A DNA stretch of 64,000 bases from a virus (taxonomy: Duplodnaviria > Caudoviricetes): the IMG/VR virus record IMGVR_UViG_3300028833_000121, positions 1-64,000 of that record. The stretch is one strand, 5' to 3'. The notes under the pieces are model-generated. The model did no database searches. It worked only from the letters and a program-made list of their open reading frames with translations, and was not told the origin of the DNA. Below are positions 29,418 through 40,286 of the stretch, one piece after another (within the stretch, counting starts at the first letter, position 1; each line of letters opens with the position of its first letter). Both the position numbers and the translations under genes were made by a program.

Positions 29418-31768
29418 GTGAATTAAAACCAGTAATTGAACAATCTTTCGCGCAATACGCAGGCATGGTAATTCAGTCTCGCGCACTTGTTGACGCGCGC
29501 GATGGACTTAAACCTTCTGCGCGTCAAATATTCTATTCAATGCTTCTTCATAAACTCACCCATAATAATCCATATAAGAAAACTGCTAATGCTGTTGGTA
29601 TGGCTATGGCAGATTTCTATATTCATGGTGATTCAAGCTGTGAAGGAATTATTATGCGCGCCGGTCAGGACTTTGCTATGCGCTATCCGCTAGTTGAAGT
29701 AAAAGGTAACGTAGGTTCTCCTATCGAAAGTGGTAACTGGGCTGCTTCCCGTTATACAGAATCTCGTCTTTCTTCTATTTCTAACCTTCTATTTACTGAT
29801 ATTGATAAAGATACAATAATAGAATGGAGAGATAGCTATGATAATACAAAACAGTATCCGGCGGTTCTTCCATCTAAAGGATTCTATAATCTTTGCAATG
29901 GAACGCAAGGTATTGGTGTAGGTTTAGCTAGTTCTATCCCGCAGTTTAATTTAAAGGAACTTAATAATGCGCTTATTAATCTTATTCAAAATCCGGATTG
30001 CGATTTTGATGATATTTACTGCGCGCCCGACTTTGCCACTGGTGCAATTCTACTTAATGCAGATGAAGTAAAAGAAAGCTTACGTGTTGGTAATGGGCCA
30101 GCTTGTAAGTTGAGATCTGTAGTTGAATTTGATACGGGTGAGCGGTGTCTTGTAGTAAAAGAAATTCCGTATAGCGTTTATACAAATACTATCTGTAAGC
30201 AACTTGAAGAACTTGTAGAATCAGAAGAAAACCCTGGAATTGAACGGTTTAATGACTTAACTGGTGCGACGCCTTTGATTAAGATTTACCTTACAAAGAA
30301 AGCAAATCCAGACAAGGTATTAAAATATTTGTATAAAAATACTTCGCTCCAGTATTACTATGGCATTAATCTTACTATGCTTGATGGTGGTAAGTATCCT
30401 AAAGTTTTTACATGGCGCGAAGCTCTTCAAGCGCATATTGATCACGAGAAGGTTGTATATCGTCGTGGTTTTGAATATGATTTAAATAGGATGAAGTTTC
30501 GTGTCCATATTATAGACGGACTTCTCATATGTATCGCGCGCATTGAAGAGGTTATTCAGACGATTAAATCTTCGAGTTCTACCGCAGAAGCAAGCGCGCG
30601 ACTTCAAAAAGAATACATTCTTGACGCCGAGCAAGCTAAGGCAGTACTAGACCTAAAACTTAGCCGATTGGCGCATCTTGAAGTAACTAAGCTGAACGGC
30701 GAAAAAAGTGACTTACTTAAAAAAATTGGTGCAATCGAACAAATTTTAAATGACGAAATCCTATTTAATAACGAGCTTATTAAGGGATGGAAAGAAGTTG
30801 CTGCAAAATATGGTGACGCGCGCCGTACACGCATATTAAATATTTCAAAAGAAGACGAAGAAGAACCAGCAGAAGTTCGCAATCTAATTCTTAATTTTAC
30901 GAATAAAGGCGGAATCTATGTAACTGAAAGTTCTTCTCTTTACACACAACGTCGTGGCGGAGTTGGAAACAAATTTAAAATGGAAAAAGGAGAATATATT
31001 GTTGGTACTGAAATTGGAGATAATACCGATATAATACTATTCTTCTCTGATAAAGGAAATTTCTTTCAAATTAAAATGAGTGAGTTTCCTGTAAATGAAA
31101 AAACTTATATAACTCAATTTATTACTATGACAGCAACAGAGTCTATCTGTAACGCGGCCGTCTACGCAAAGAACGAGAATAAAAATATTTATTTTATTAC
31201 AAAGAACGGGCTTCTTAAAAAGACTCTATTATCTGAATATTACCTTAAACGTGGAAATAGCGCTCGCGCAATAAATCTTGATAATGATGATGAAATTGTA
31301 AGCGTTTTCTTTGGGAACGATGGCCTTGATTGTGGTATTCTTAGTAGTGATGGAAACTTCATCATGTTTAAAACCGATGACGTTAAACCTATTGGTCGTA
31401 TCGCACGAGGTATAAAAGCCATTAAACTTAATGAAGGAGCTTTCGTACAAGACGCGCGGCCCATTCCAAAAGAAACAAAAGCTATTATATCCGTAACTAA
31501 AAATGGCCTTACAAAACAAACAAATATAAATGAATTTTCATATACTAATAAAAATACAAAAGGTTCTAAAATTCAAGGTTTAACGACTAATGATATGGTA
31601 GTTTCTTTTGACGCATTGGGCGCCGAGACTGAAATTATTGTTACATCTACTACATCACAGATACGAGTTGCAGCCGCAGAAATTCCGATGCTTTCTCGTT
31701 CCGCGCAAGGAGTTCACGTAATAAAACTAAAGCCGGTTGAACGAGTAATTCAGATAGAGAAAATTTAA
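29414..31768 (+). CDS. gyrA: type II topoisomerase A subunit (GyrA/ParC-like)
   Basis: DARDGLKP, HGDSS, MRYPLV, AASRYTE catalytic Tyr, C-terminal beta-pinwheel repeats; no TAG. Confidence 0.95.
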   Translation: MSELKPVIEQSFAQYAGMVIQSRALVDARDGLKPSARQIFYSMLLHKLTHNNPYKKTANAVGMAMADFYIHGDSSCEGIIMRAGQDFAMRYPLVEVKGNVGSPIESGNWAASRYTESRLSSISNLLFTDIDKDTIIEWRDSYDNTKQYPAVLPSKGFYNLCNGTQGIGVGLASSIPQFNLKELNNALINLIQNPDCDFDDIYCAPDFATGAILLNADEVKESLRVGNGPACKLRSVVEFDTGERCLVVKEIPYSVYTNTICKQLEELVESEENPGIERFNDLTGATPLIKIYLTKKANPDKVLKYLYKNTSLQYYYGINLTMLDGGKYPKVFTWREALQAHIDHEKVVYRRGFEYDLNRMKFRVHIIDGLLICIARIEEVIQTIKSSSSTAEASARLQKEYILDAEQAKAVLDLKLSRLAHLEVTKLNGEKSDLLKKIGAIEQILNDEILFNNELIKGWKEVAAKYGDARRTRILNISKEDEEEPAEVRNLILNFTNKGGIYVTESSSLYTQRRGGVGNKFKMEKGEYIVGTEIGDNTDIILFFSDKGNFFQIKMSEFPVNEKTYITQFITMTATESICNAAVYAKNENKNIYFITKNGLLKKTLLSEYYLKRGNSARAINLDNDDEIVSVFFGNDGLDCGILSSDGNFIMFKTDDVKPIGRIARGIKAIKLNEGAFVQDARPIPKETKAIISVTKNGLTKQTNINEFSYTNKNTKGSKIQGLTTNDMVVSFDALGAETEIIVTSTTSQIRVAAAEIPMLSRSAQGVHVIKLKPVERVIQIEKI

Positions 31769-31785
31769 GGTATAATCCCCAAAAT

Positions 31786-31814
31786 TTGAATTTTTATTAA
31801 AATTCTGATATAAT
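31786..31814 (+). promoter_or_regulatory. sigma-A/70-type promoter
   Basis: TTGAAT-17 nt-TATAAT, preceded by TGA. Confidence 0.8.
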
Positions 31815-31882
31815 ATTTATAGAAAGTTGAGAGAGGAAATCTCAATTTAATAGAAAATAAAAAATATAAGGAGAAAAAGATT

Positions 31883-32149
31883 ATGAAGTTGACAGAAAAG
31901 CAGGCAATGGTATTCAATTATGTTAAGGAGAACGGTGGTCGTGTTGCGATGGAGGAGCTCTGTGCTGCTCTCGGTAGTGATGCTAAGCATTTGAATCCCG
32001 TTGTTACTGGTCTCGGTGTAAAGGGCGAGCGCGCTAAGGGTCTGTTGGACTATGAGAAGATTCCCGTGGAAGGTTCTGATAAGCCCGCGAAGTACGTGTT
32101 CCTGACCGAAGCTGGTAAGACTTTCGTCCCCAGTGATGACGAAGAGTAA
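31883..32149 (+). CDS. small winged-helix-like DNA-binding protein
   Basis: LTEKQAMVFNYVKE...GLLDY...YVFLTEAG MarR/wHTH-like pattern. Confidence 0.6.
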   Translation: MKLTEKQAMVFNYVKENGGRVAMEELCAALGSDAKHLNPVVTGLGVKGERAKGLLDYEKIPVEGSDKPAKYVFLTEAGKTFVPSDDEE

Positions 32150-32243
32150 GTAACTAATTCCATAGATATATAATATGGAATAGGAAAGATTCCTATTCTA
32201 TATTTATATATAAGAACCGATAATTATAAAATGGAGAAAAATA

Positions 32244-33179
32244 ATGAGACAAGCAGAAAATAATGTACATATTGAAGGTATTCTATCACAGATTGAATTG
32301 GAAAATGGTTCTTATATAAAAGACGGCAGAACTATTGAAACAGTTCGCGGCCGCATTTATGTTAGAGTTGACCAGACTATTAATGGTAAACCAACAACTA
32401 GTGAAATTCCTATCGAATTATTCTCACCCAAGCTGACAAAGGGTGGTTCACCTAATCCGTCTTATGAATCTATTATGAAGATTAAGAATGACATGAAGTC
32501 TATTGCATCTGCTGGTAGTATTGAAGGCGCTGATTGCGTGAAGATTAATGGCGCGCGTATTCAGATGAATGAATACTTCGACCAGGCTCAGCGATTTGTT
32601 TCATTCCCTCGTATTTCCGCTTCTTTTGTAAGTAAGATTAGTAGAGAAGCGATGGAGCCTAAGGCGACCTTTAATGTTGAAATGGTAATTGGTAGCCAGG
32701 GTTATGTTGAAAACGCAGAGGGTGAGCAGATTACTGATGCAGATGGTAACCCTCAGTACGAAATTATTGGTCTTGTTCCTATGTATGGAGATAAGATTGA
32801 TAAGATTCGTTTTGTTTGCGCGAATGAGAACGTAATTAATTCAGTTAAGGACTATTGGGAAGATGGCGCGACTGTAAAGGCTAGCGGTCGTCTTAACTTT
32901 ACTTCTATTACTGAGACAATTACTACAGAGCAGGGATTTGGTGAAAATATCGAATCTCATAGAACTAAGAGCATCAGAGATATTGTTATTACCGGTGGGC
33001 TTCCTACTCCTCTTGAAGGAGAGATGGCTTATACACCTGAAGAGATTCAGAGCGCGCTGGCCGAGCGCCAGGCTCGTCTTGAACAGCTGAAGGCTAAGAG
33101 TGCATCAGCCACACCGAAGACTCGTCCTGCTCCAGCCCCAATTAGTGGGACGAGAAAGGCTCTTGACCTCGGGTTCTAA
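32244..33179 (+). CDS. single-stranded DNA-binding protein (tandem OB-like)
   Basis: NNVHIEGIL start, two OB-like halves, flexible tail ending DLGF; next to recombinase. Confidence 0.6.
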   Translation: MRQAENNVHIEGILSQIELENGSYIKDGRTIETVRGRIYVRVDQTINGKPTTSEIPIELFSPKLTKGGSPNPSYESIMKIKNDMKSIASAGSIEGADCVKINGARIQMNEYFDQAQRFVSFPRISASFVSKISREAMEPKATFNVEMVIGSQGYVENAEGEQITDADGNPQYEIIGLVPMYGDKIDKIRFVCANENVINSVKDYWEDGATVKASGRLNFTSITETITTEQGFGENIESHRTKSIRDIVITGGLPTPLEGEMAYTPEEIQSALAERQARLEQLKAKSASATPKTRPAPAPISGTRKALDLGF

Positions 33180-33192
33180 GGAGTAATACAGT

Positions 33193-34161
33193 ATGGCTAT
33201 TGATATTTTAAATATTGAGCCAACTGTAATTAGTAGAGATTTAAAGGGAAAGTACGTATTACTTTATGGTAAGCCAAAGAGCGGGAAGACTACGGCCGCC
33301 TGCTCTTTCCCTAATTCTCTTTTGATTGCTTTTGAGAAAGGTTATAATGCTATTGGCGGCATTAGAGCCGTTGATGTCACTCGATGGAGTGATTTTAAAA
33401 CAGTTCTGCGTCAGCTTGAAAAGCCTGAAGCGCGCCAAATGTACGAAACCATTATTATTGATACTATTTCTATTGCCTGGGATTATTGCGAGCAGTTTAT
33501 CTGCGCGCAGAATGGTGTATAGAAAATTGCTGATATTGCTTGGGGTGGTGGATACAGCGCCTGTAAGAAAGAGTTTGAATCTAGTTTACGTAAGATTACT
33601 TTACTTGGATACGGACTTGTTCTGATTTGTCATAGTGGTTCACGCATTGAGAAAACAGCAGAAGGTAATGAAATGGAGATTATTTTCCCCGATATGCCTA
33701 AACGTGCCTCTGAAATTTGTAATGGACTCGTGGACGTTATTGGTTATATTGGAGGAGAATATAATACTGAAGGAGAGTTCGAGAGGTATCTATATACACG
33801 AGAAACCCCTAGTCTATTCGCCGGCAGCCGATTTAAATATCTTGCGCCAAAGATTAAATTCGGATATACTGAATTAGTTAATGCTATTGCAGATGCTATT
33901 GAGATGTCTGAAAAAATTGACGGTGTAAAGGTAGTAGATAAGGCAGAGGCTAAAGTTGAGGAGAAGCTTGACTTTGCGACCGTAAGAGCTGAAGCCGCGG
34001 ATTTGTGGGCGAAATTGGTAGAACAAAATGAAGAAAATGCCAATATTATTTTAAAGAAAATTGAAATAATTATGGGCCATAAGATGAGGCTCTCTGAGTT
34101 TACTGAGGACCAAGTAGATTTGTTGAATCTTGCTGTTAATGAAATGCGGGATATGCTTTAA
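33193..34161 (+). CDS. AAA_24/Sak4-like P-loop ATPase recombinase (one TAG)
   Basis: LYGKPKSGKT, IIIDT, GGGY; two ORF fragments joined at TAG 33520. Confidence 0.8.
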
Positions 34162-34216
34162 AACTTAATATAGATATAACGATAGGGCAGGCTAGGAATG
34201 GTCTGCTCTATTAAAT

Positions 34217-34245
34217 TTGACTTTTTTCTAATTCTATGGTATAAT
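34217..34245 (+). promoter_or_regulatory. sigma-A/70-type promoter
   Basis: TTGACT-17 nt-TATAAT, preceded by TGG. Confidence 0.8.
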
Positions 34246-34274
34246 ATATATAGGAACAGAATAGGAGAAAATTT

Positions 34275-34811
34275 ATGCCATTTTGTAGAATATGTAAACA
34301 AGAGATAGATAAAGAATTAGATGACTGGGTAATGCCGTCACGCAACTGGTACTATCATAAGATATGTTACGATAATTTTAAAAAAGAAAAAGAGATAAAA
34401 TCTGATGAAGATTATATTGATCTGATATTTGATTATATAGCGCGTGACTTAAAAGTTTCATATGATTATTATAAGATTAAAGCGCAGATAAAAAATTTTA
34501 TGAAAAATGGTATGACCTGTAAAGGTATGCTTTTTACATTAAAATATTATTATGATAGATTTGGTAAAGAGAATTGGGATAAAGGTTATGGCGGAATTGG
34601 TATAGTTCCTTATTTTTATAAGGAAGCAACAGAATATTGGACAAATATAGAAATTAAAAAACGCGGTAGCTGCGAACTTTTGATACAGCAAATTAGAAAT
34701 TTAAAAAGTGCAGGTACGGAACCAATTAAATATAATCCTATTCAAAAGAAAAAGAAAAAAGAAGAAATAAATTTTGATGAAATATTAAAGGAGGACGAAC
34801 TTGATAGTTGA
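34275..34811 (+). CDS. hypothetical replication protein with CxxC...HxxC
   Basis: 178 aa immediately upstream of the DnaB-like helicase. Confidence 0.65.
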   Translation: MPFCRICKQEIDKELDDWVMPSRNWYYHKICYDNFKKEKEIKSDEDYIDLIFDYIARDLKVSYDYYKIKAQIKNFMKNGMTCKGMLFTLKYYYDRFGKENWDKGYGGIGIVPYFYKEATEYWTNIEIKKRGSCELLIQQIRNLKSAGTEPIKYNPIQKKKKKEEINFDEILKEDELDS

Positions 34812-36363
34812 TAAAAATTGTATCCAACAAGTTTTGGGTGGAATAATTAAAAAGCCAAGTATATTAGTTGAAACAGAAAAATATAGTTTATCAATTCAAG
34901 ATTTTAGTTCTACTTTTGAAAAAGTTATCTTCCAGGCAATTAAAGGATTATATGAGAATGGCGCGAAGTCAATAAATATAATTGATATTGAGAACGCACT
35001 AGATAGTAATGCGGGCGCGAAGAAGATATATGAAGCTAATAATGGGATTGAGTATCTTCAAGATATAGACAGTTTTGTAGATATAGATAACTTTGACTAT
35101 TATTATAATAAATTAAAAAAGATTAATTTACTTAGGGATTTCCAAAGGCAAGGCATTAATATATCTCAGTTTTATATTGAAGATTTAACTAATGAAAAAG
35201 CTTATGAAGTAAATAGTAAGTTTGAAAGTTTAACTATTCAAGATATTATAGATGGGATAAAAAAGAAGATATTAGGTCTTGAAAATAGCTATATTAAGAA
35301 TGATGCGACAGAAACAAGAGACGTTTTTGAAGGATTAGAGGATTTACTTAGTAGTATAAAAGAAGGAAATTCTGGTATTGGTATGCCGCTACAAGGCGCG
35401 ATATATAATACAGTTGTAAGTGGCGCACGTCGTGGCGCGCTGTATATTCGAAGCGGTGGAAGTGGCGTATCTAAAACTCGACAGGCAGTAGGTGACGCGT
35501 GTTATTTGGCTTTTCCTTTTAGGTATAACTTTACAGAGTGTGAATGGGAACAAGCTGGTAATAGTGAAAAAGTATTGTTTATTGCAACAGAGCAAGATTT
35601 TAGTGAAATTCAGAAAATGATTTTGGCCTATGTTAGTGGAATTAATGAAGATAGGTTTAAATATGGAAATTTCACAACTTTGGAAAAGCAAGTAATAGAA
35701 AAAGCAGTAAAGATAATTGAAAAGTATAAAGATAATTTTCATATTGTGCGGATGCCGAATCCAACGATTGGGTTAGTTAAAAATATTATAAGAGAGAATT
35801 GTTTGATTTATAATATTGGATATGTATTTTATGATTATATTTTTATTGGCCCGTCTTTACTTGGAGAATTTAAAGGATTTAATTTAAGAAATGATGAAGT
35901 CCTTCTTATGTTTGCGACGGCATTAAAAGATTTGGCAGTCGAACAAAATGTGTGCGTGATGACATCTACACAGCTAAACGCAAAGGGAGACGACAATCAA
36001 AATATAAGAAATGAAGGAAGTTTGGCCGGCGGGCGCGCGACGATAAATAAAGCAGATATTGGTGCAATTATGGCGCGACCAACAAAAGAAGAATTAGAAG
36101 TATTAGCGGATGTAATTAGTAATTTTAGTGATAGTCCAAATATAGTAACAGATATTTATAAAGTTAGAAGTGGTGTATATACACAAACTCGAATTTGGTC
36201 TTATGTTGATTTGGGGACATTACGCAAACAAGATTTATTTATAACTAATAATCGTCTTGAACCGATTGAATTTAATTTTACTGGAATAGAAAGAATGAAG
36301 AATTGGGAAGATGATGATTGGGAAGAAATAAGAAAGTTGAATAGGGAATTAAATGGATTATAA
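34801..36363 (+). CDS. dnaB: DnaB-like replicative helicase
   Basis: DnaB-like N-terminus, GGSGVSKT Walker A variant, IATEQ, FYDYI, TSTQLN, DIYKVRSG. Confidence 0.85.
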   Translation: MIVDKNCIQQVLGGIIKKPSILVETEKYSLSIQDFSSTFEKVIFQAIKGLYENGAKSINIIDIENALDSNAGAKKIYEANNGIEYLQDIDSFVDIDNFDYYYNKLKKINLLRDFQRQGINISQFYIEDLTNEKAYEVNSKFESLTIQDIIDGIKKKILGLENSYIKNDATETRDVFEGLEDLLSSIKEGNSGIGMPLQGAIYNTVVSGARRGALYIRSGGSGVSKTRQAVGDACYLAFPFRYNFTECEWEQAGNSEKVLFIATEQDFSEIQKMILAYVSGINEDRFKYGNFTTLEKQVIEKAVKIIEKYKDNFHIVRMPNPTIGLVKNIIRENCLIYNIGYVFYDYIFIGPSLLGEFKGFNLRNDEVLLMFATALKDLAVEQNVCVMTSTQLNAKGDDNQNIRNEGSLAGGRATINKADIGAIMARPTKEELEVLADVISNFSDSPNIVTDIYKVRSGVYTQTRIWSYVDLGTLRKQDLFITNNRLEPIEFNFTGIERMKNWEDDDWEEIRKLNRELNGL

Positions 36364-37405
36364 AGAGATAATTAATAATTTAAAACCTGAAGCTGTAATA
36401 AGTTTAATGGAAAAACTTGGAGTAGATAGATATTCAGATAGAGGAGATTATATTATTTTTCCAACAATATGTCATAATATAGATGTTGAAGAAGCTTCTA
36501 TGAAATTGTATTATTATAAAAATACTCATCTTTTTGTATGTTATACTAATTGCGAAAGTATGAGTATTTTTAAATTTTTAAAAGAATATTATGACACCAG
36601 AAATATTCCATATAATTGGTATGAAGATATTTATAAAGTTATATTGGATTGTTCTTCATTTAAACCAACGGAAGGGTTTGAAACAGTCAAATATAATAAA
36701 TTAAGTGATAGATATAGAAAACGCAAACAAGAACAAGTATTGGAGATATATCCAAAAGGACTAATAGATATTTTTATAAAGAAATATCCGATAGAATGGT
36801 TGGAAGACGGAATTAGTAAAGAAGCGATGGATAAATATAATATTCGTTTCTCTATTCCACAAAACAAAATAATAATTCCGCATTATAATATCTATAATGA
36901 ATTAATAGGAATTAGAGGGCGCGCACTTGACCCGGAAGAAGTAGAGACTATTGGTAAATATATGCCAGTACAAATAGAAGGGAAGTGGTACGCGCATCCC
37001 CTAAGTATGAATTTATACGGATTAAATTATAATAAAGATAATATACAAAGATATGGAATTTGTTATGTTGGGGAAGCAGAGAAATTTGTGTTGCAAATGG
37101 AAGGATTTGATTTTCCTAATTGCGGGGTGGCTGTCTGCGGCAGTCAATTTAATAAGTACCAACTAAACTTATTAATGAAAACTTGCAGACCCAGAGAAAT
37201 AGTAATTTGTTTTGATAAAGAAGAAAAACCAGGTGAAGACAAGTATTTTAATAAATTATATAATATGTGTAGTAAATATAAAAATTATTGTAATATGAGC
37301 TTTGTTTATGATACACGAAATTTATTAAAACTAAAAGAAAGTCCGACTGATTGTGGACAAAAGGTATTTGAAGAATTAGTAAGAAGGAGAGTTTTTGTGA
37401 AGTGA
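36353..37405 (+). CDS. DNA primase
   Basis: Zinc-binding CH...C..C N-terminus, IIIPHY...GIRGR, Toprim VGEAEKFV and CFDKEE. Confidence 0.85.
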   Translation: MDYKEIINNLKPEAVISLMEKLGVDRYSDRGDYIIFPTICHNIDVEEASMKLYYYKNTHLFVCYTNCESMSIFKFLKEYYDTRNIPYNWYEDIYKVILDCSSFKPTEGFETVKYNKLSDRYRKRKQEQVLEIYPKGLIDIFIKKYPIEWLEDGISKEAMDKYNIRFSIPQNKIIIPHYNIYNELIGIRGRALDPEEVETIGKYMPVQIEGKWYAHPLSMNLYGLNYNKDNIQRYGICYVGEAEKFVLQMEGFDFPNCGVAVCGSQFNKYQLNLLMKTCRPREIVICFDKEEKPGEDKYFNKLYNMCSKYKNYCNMSFVYDTRNLLKLKESPTDCGQKVFEELVRRRVFVK

Positions 37406-39144
37406 AATATAAAGTTAAAAATACAACTAATATTAAAAACAATTATGGAATAGGCGTATTGAGCGCGCGAGGCATAGAAGATATTCAAGATTTTCTGAAT
37501 CCGACTAAAGAACATTCTTTGCAGGATTGGAGAGATTTAGATGATATATTCGACGCTACAGAAATATTACTAGCTGCATTAGATTGTGATAATCCTAAAT
37601 TTGCATTAATAGTAGACTGTGATGTTGATGGATTCACATCTGCCGCAATATTATATCAGTACATAAAAGATGCAAAACCAGAAGCTGAAATAGACTACTA
37701 CTTGCATAGTGGTAAACAACACGGTTTATCAGATTTGTGTGACACAATTATCGACAAAGGCATTCATTATACACTTTGTTTAGTGCCCGATGCAGGAAGT
37801 AATGATTATGAATATATCGAAAAATTAGGAGAACTTTGTACGCCTACATTAGTTTTTGACCATCATATTATAGAAGATACAACAAAAATTAGTGATTGGT
37901 GTGTGATTGTAAACAATCAAAACTCTCCAAAATATAAGAACAAAGATCTTTCCGGCGCGGGTGTTACTTATCAATTTTGTCGTGCGCTTGATTGGAGACT
38001 TGGAAAAGATTTTGCAAGTAAATATATTGATCTAGCTGCCCTTGGTATTTGCGCAGATATGATGAGCGCGCTCTCTGAAGAAAATCAATATTTTTGGAAA
38101 GAAGGGTTTTCGCATATAAATAATTTCTTCTTCCAGACGCTATGTGAGAAGCAAGAATACTCAATGGGCGGTGTTATTAATCCCACCACTGTAGCTTTTT
38201 ATATCGTGCCTATGATTAACGCTATGATACGCGTTGGTTCAATGGATGAGAAAGATAGATTGTTCCATGCGTTTATAAATGGGAAAGAATTAGTTCCTAG
38301 TAATAAACGTGGCGCAAAGGGCGTAATGGCCTATGTAGCTGTTGAAAGCGCGCGTGAATGTACAAATGCAAAAGCGCATCAAGACAAAGAAAAACAAGCT
38401 ATTGTAGATAGATTAAAAATTAAAATTAGTAATAATGACTTGTTAGATAATAAGGTTCTGTTTATTCGGCTTGAAGACGATGATGATTTTCCCGCGGAGC
38501 TTAATGGGCTGGTTGCGATGCAACTTTCTACTCTTTATAACCGCCCTACTATTGTAGCTAGATTAAATAGCGAAGGATTTGTACGTGGTAGCGCACGCGG
38601 TCTTAATCAAAGCGAGCTTACGTCATTTAAAGATTTCTTAAATAGTACCAAGCTTTTTGAATATACAATGGGCCATGATAATGCGTTCGGTATTTCAATT
38701 AAGAATTCTGATTTAGCTAAATTTCATAAAATGGCTAATGAAGAACTCGCACAGTACGATTTCGGAGAGAATGTATATGACGTAGACTTTGAGCGCGAAG
38801 CTTATGCAACAGATATAAAAGCTATTATTTTTGATTTAGCACAATATACAAATATATGGGGCCAACAGAATAGCGAACCAGTCATCGCAGTAAAAGATTT
38901 AGTAGTGCGCGCGAGCGATATACAAGTTATAGGAAAGAATAAGGATACATTAAAAATTAGTAAGAACGGAATTACTTATATTAAATTTTTTGCGAAAGAT
39001 TTAATTAATGAAATTTCTAAATATAATGAAATGTAGCTTACTATCGTTGGCACTGCGAATGTAAATGAGTGGATGGGCAATGTAACGCCGCAGTTATTTA
39101 TTAAAGATATTGATATTAAAGAAATTACAGATTTAAGTTTTTAA
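37402..39144 (+). CDS. recJ: RecJ-like ssDNA exonuclease (DHH family; one TAG near C-terminus)
   Basis: DCDVDG, PDAGS, DHH, SGAGV, GSARG, GHDNAFG; OB tail after TAG 39034. Confidence 0.9.
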
Positions 39145-39162
39145 ACTTATAGAAAGGGCTAT

Positions 39163-40230
39163 ATGGGTAATTTTATAGATATAACTGGTCAAAAATTTAA
39201 TAAGTTAACAGTTTTAAAATATTTAGGAAAAAGCAAATGGGAATGTATATGTGATTGTGGTAATAAAGTTATAGTTACTGGCACATCTTTAAGAAATGGG
39301 ACAACTAAATCATGTGGTTGTTTTAAGTCTAAAGTTATAGATGAAACTGGAAATAGATATGGAAAGTTAACAGTTATTAAAAGAGTTGGAAGCAATAAAT
39401 ATAAACGAGCTATATGGCTTTGTAAATGTGATTGTGGTAATGAAGTTGTAAGAGAAGGATGTGAATTAAGACGTGGCAATGAAAATCAAAGTTGTGGATG
39501 TTTTAAAGGCCCAAAAACTTTCGAAGCAGCAGGCGGTATAAATGAAATTGGAAATAGATATGGAAAATTAATAGTTATTGAACGAGCAGGCACTAATGAA
39601 AAGGGAAACGCTCTTTGGAAATGTAGATGTGATTGTGGTAATGAAATAATTGCTAGTGGAGTTAAATTAAGATATGAATTAAAAAGTTGCGGTTGCCTTA
39701 TTGGTAAAAACAATGTTCAATTAATACCATCTAGCGAAAAATTTGGATTATTAACAGTTTTAAAAAGAGAGGGTTCAAAAAATAACCGCGCAGCCTATAG
39801 ATGTAAATGTGAATGCGGAAATGAAATAATTGTTGACAGCAATAAATTAAAAACAGGAAATACGGTATCCTGTGGTTGTCTTAAAAAATCACATGGTGAA
39901 TTAAAAATAGAACAATTACTAAAAAATAATAATATTAATTTTACCGCAGAATATTTAAATTCTGATTGTGTCAGCCATTTAAAAGGTTATTTAAGATTTG
40001 ATTTTTTTGTTAATAATGAATATTTAATTGAATTTGATGGTATTCAACATTTTATTTCAGTTGGCGGTTGGTTTGATGAAGATTTTTTAAAAAACCAACA
40101 ACAGCGAGACAAAATTAAAAATCAATGGTGCAAAGATAATAATATTCCCTTAATCCGTATCCCATACTGGCATCTTCAAGATTTAACTATTGATGATTTA
40201 CGTCCAGAGACATCACAATTTTTAATTTGA
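39163..40230 (+). CDS. free-standing putative homing endonuclease
   Basis: Five G(K/L)L(T/I)V...C.C(D/E)CG...SCGC repeats and a C-terminal LRFDFFV..YLIEFDGIQH nuclease domain. Confidence 0.75.
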   Translation: MGNFIDITGQKFNKLTVLKYLGKSKWECICDCGNKVIVTGTSLRNGTTKSCGCFKSKVIDETGNRYGKLTVIKRVGSNKYKRAIWLCKCDCGNEVVREGCELRRGNENQSCGCFKGPKTFEAAGGINEIGNRYGKLIVIERAGTNEKGNALWKCRCDCGNEIIASGVKLRYELKSCGCLIGKNNVQLIPSSEKFGLLTVLKREGSKNNRAAYRCKCECGNEIIVDSNKLKTGNTVSCGCLKKSHGELKIEQLLKNNNINFTAEYLNSDCVSHLKGYLRFDFFVNNEYLIEFDGIQHFISVGGWFDEDFLKNQQQRDKIKNQWCKDNNIPLIRIPYWHLQDLTIDDLRPETSQFLI

Positions 40231-40255
40231 CTTTTTATTAAATTTATGATATAAT
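40227..40255 (+). promoter_or_regulatory. sigma-A/70-type promoter
   Basis: TTGACT-17 nt-TATAAT, preceded by TGA. Confidence 0.8.
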
Positions 40256-40286
40256 ATAATTAGAAATAAAATGAAAGGAGAGGTAG

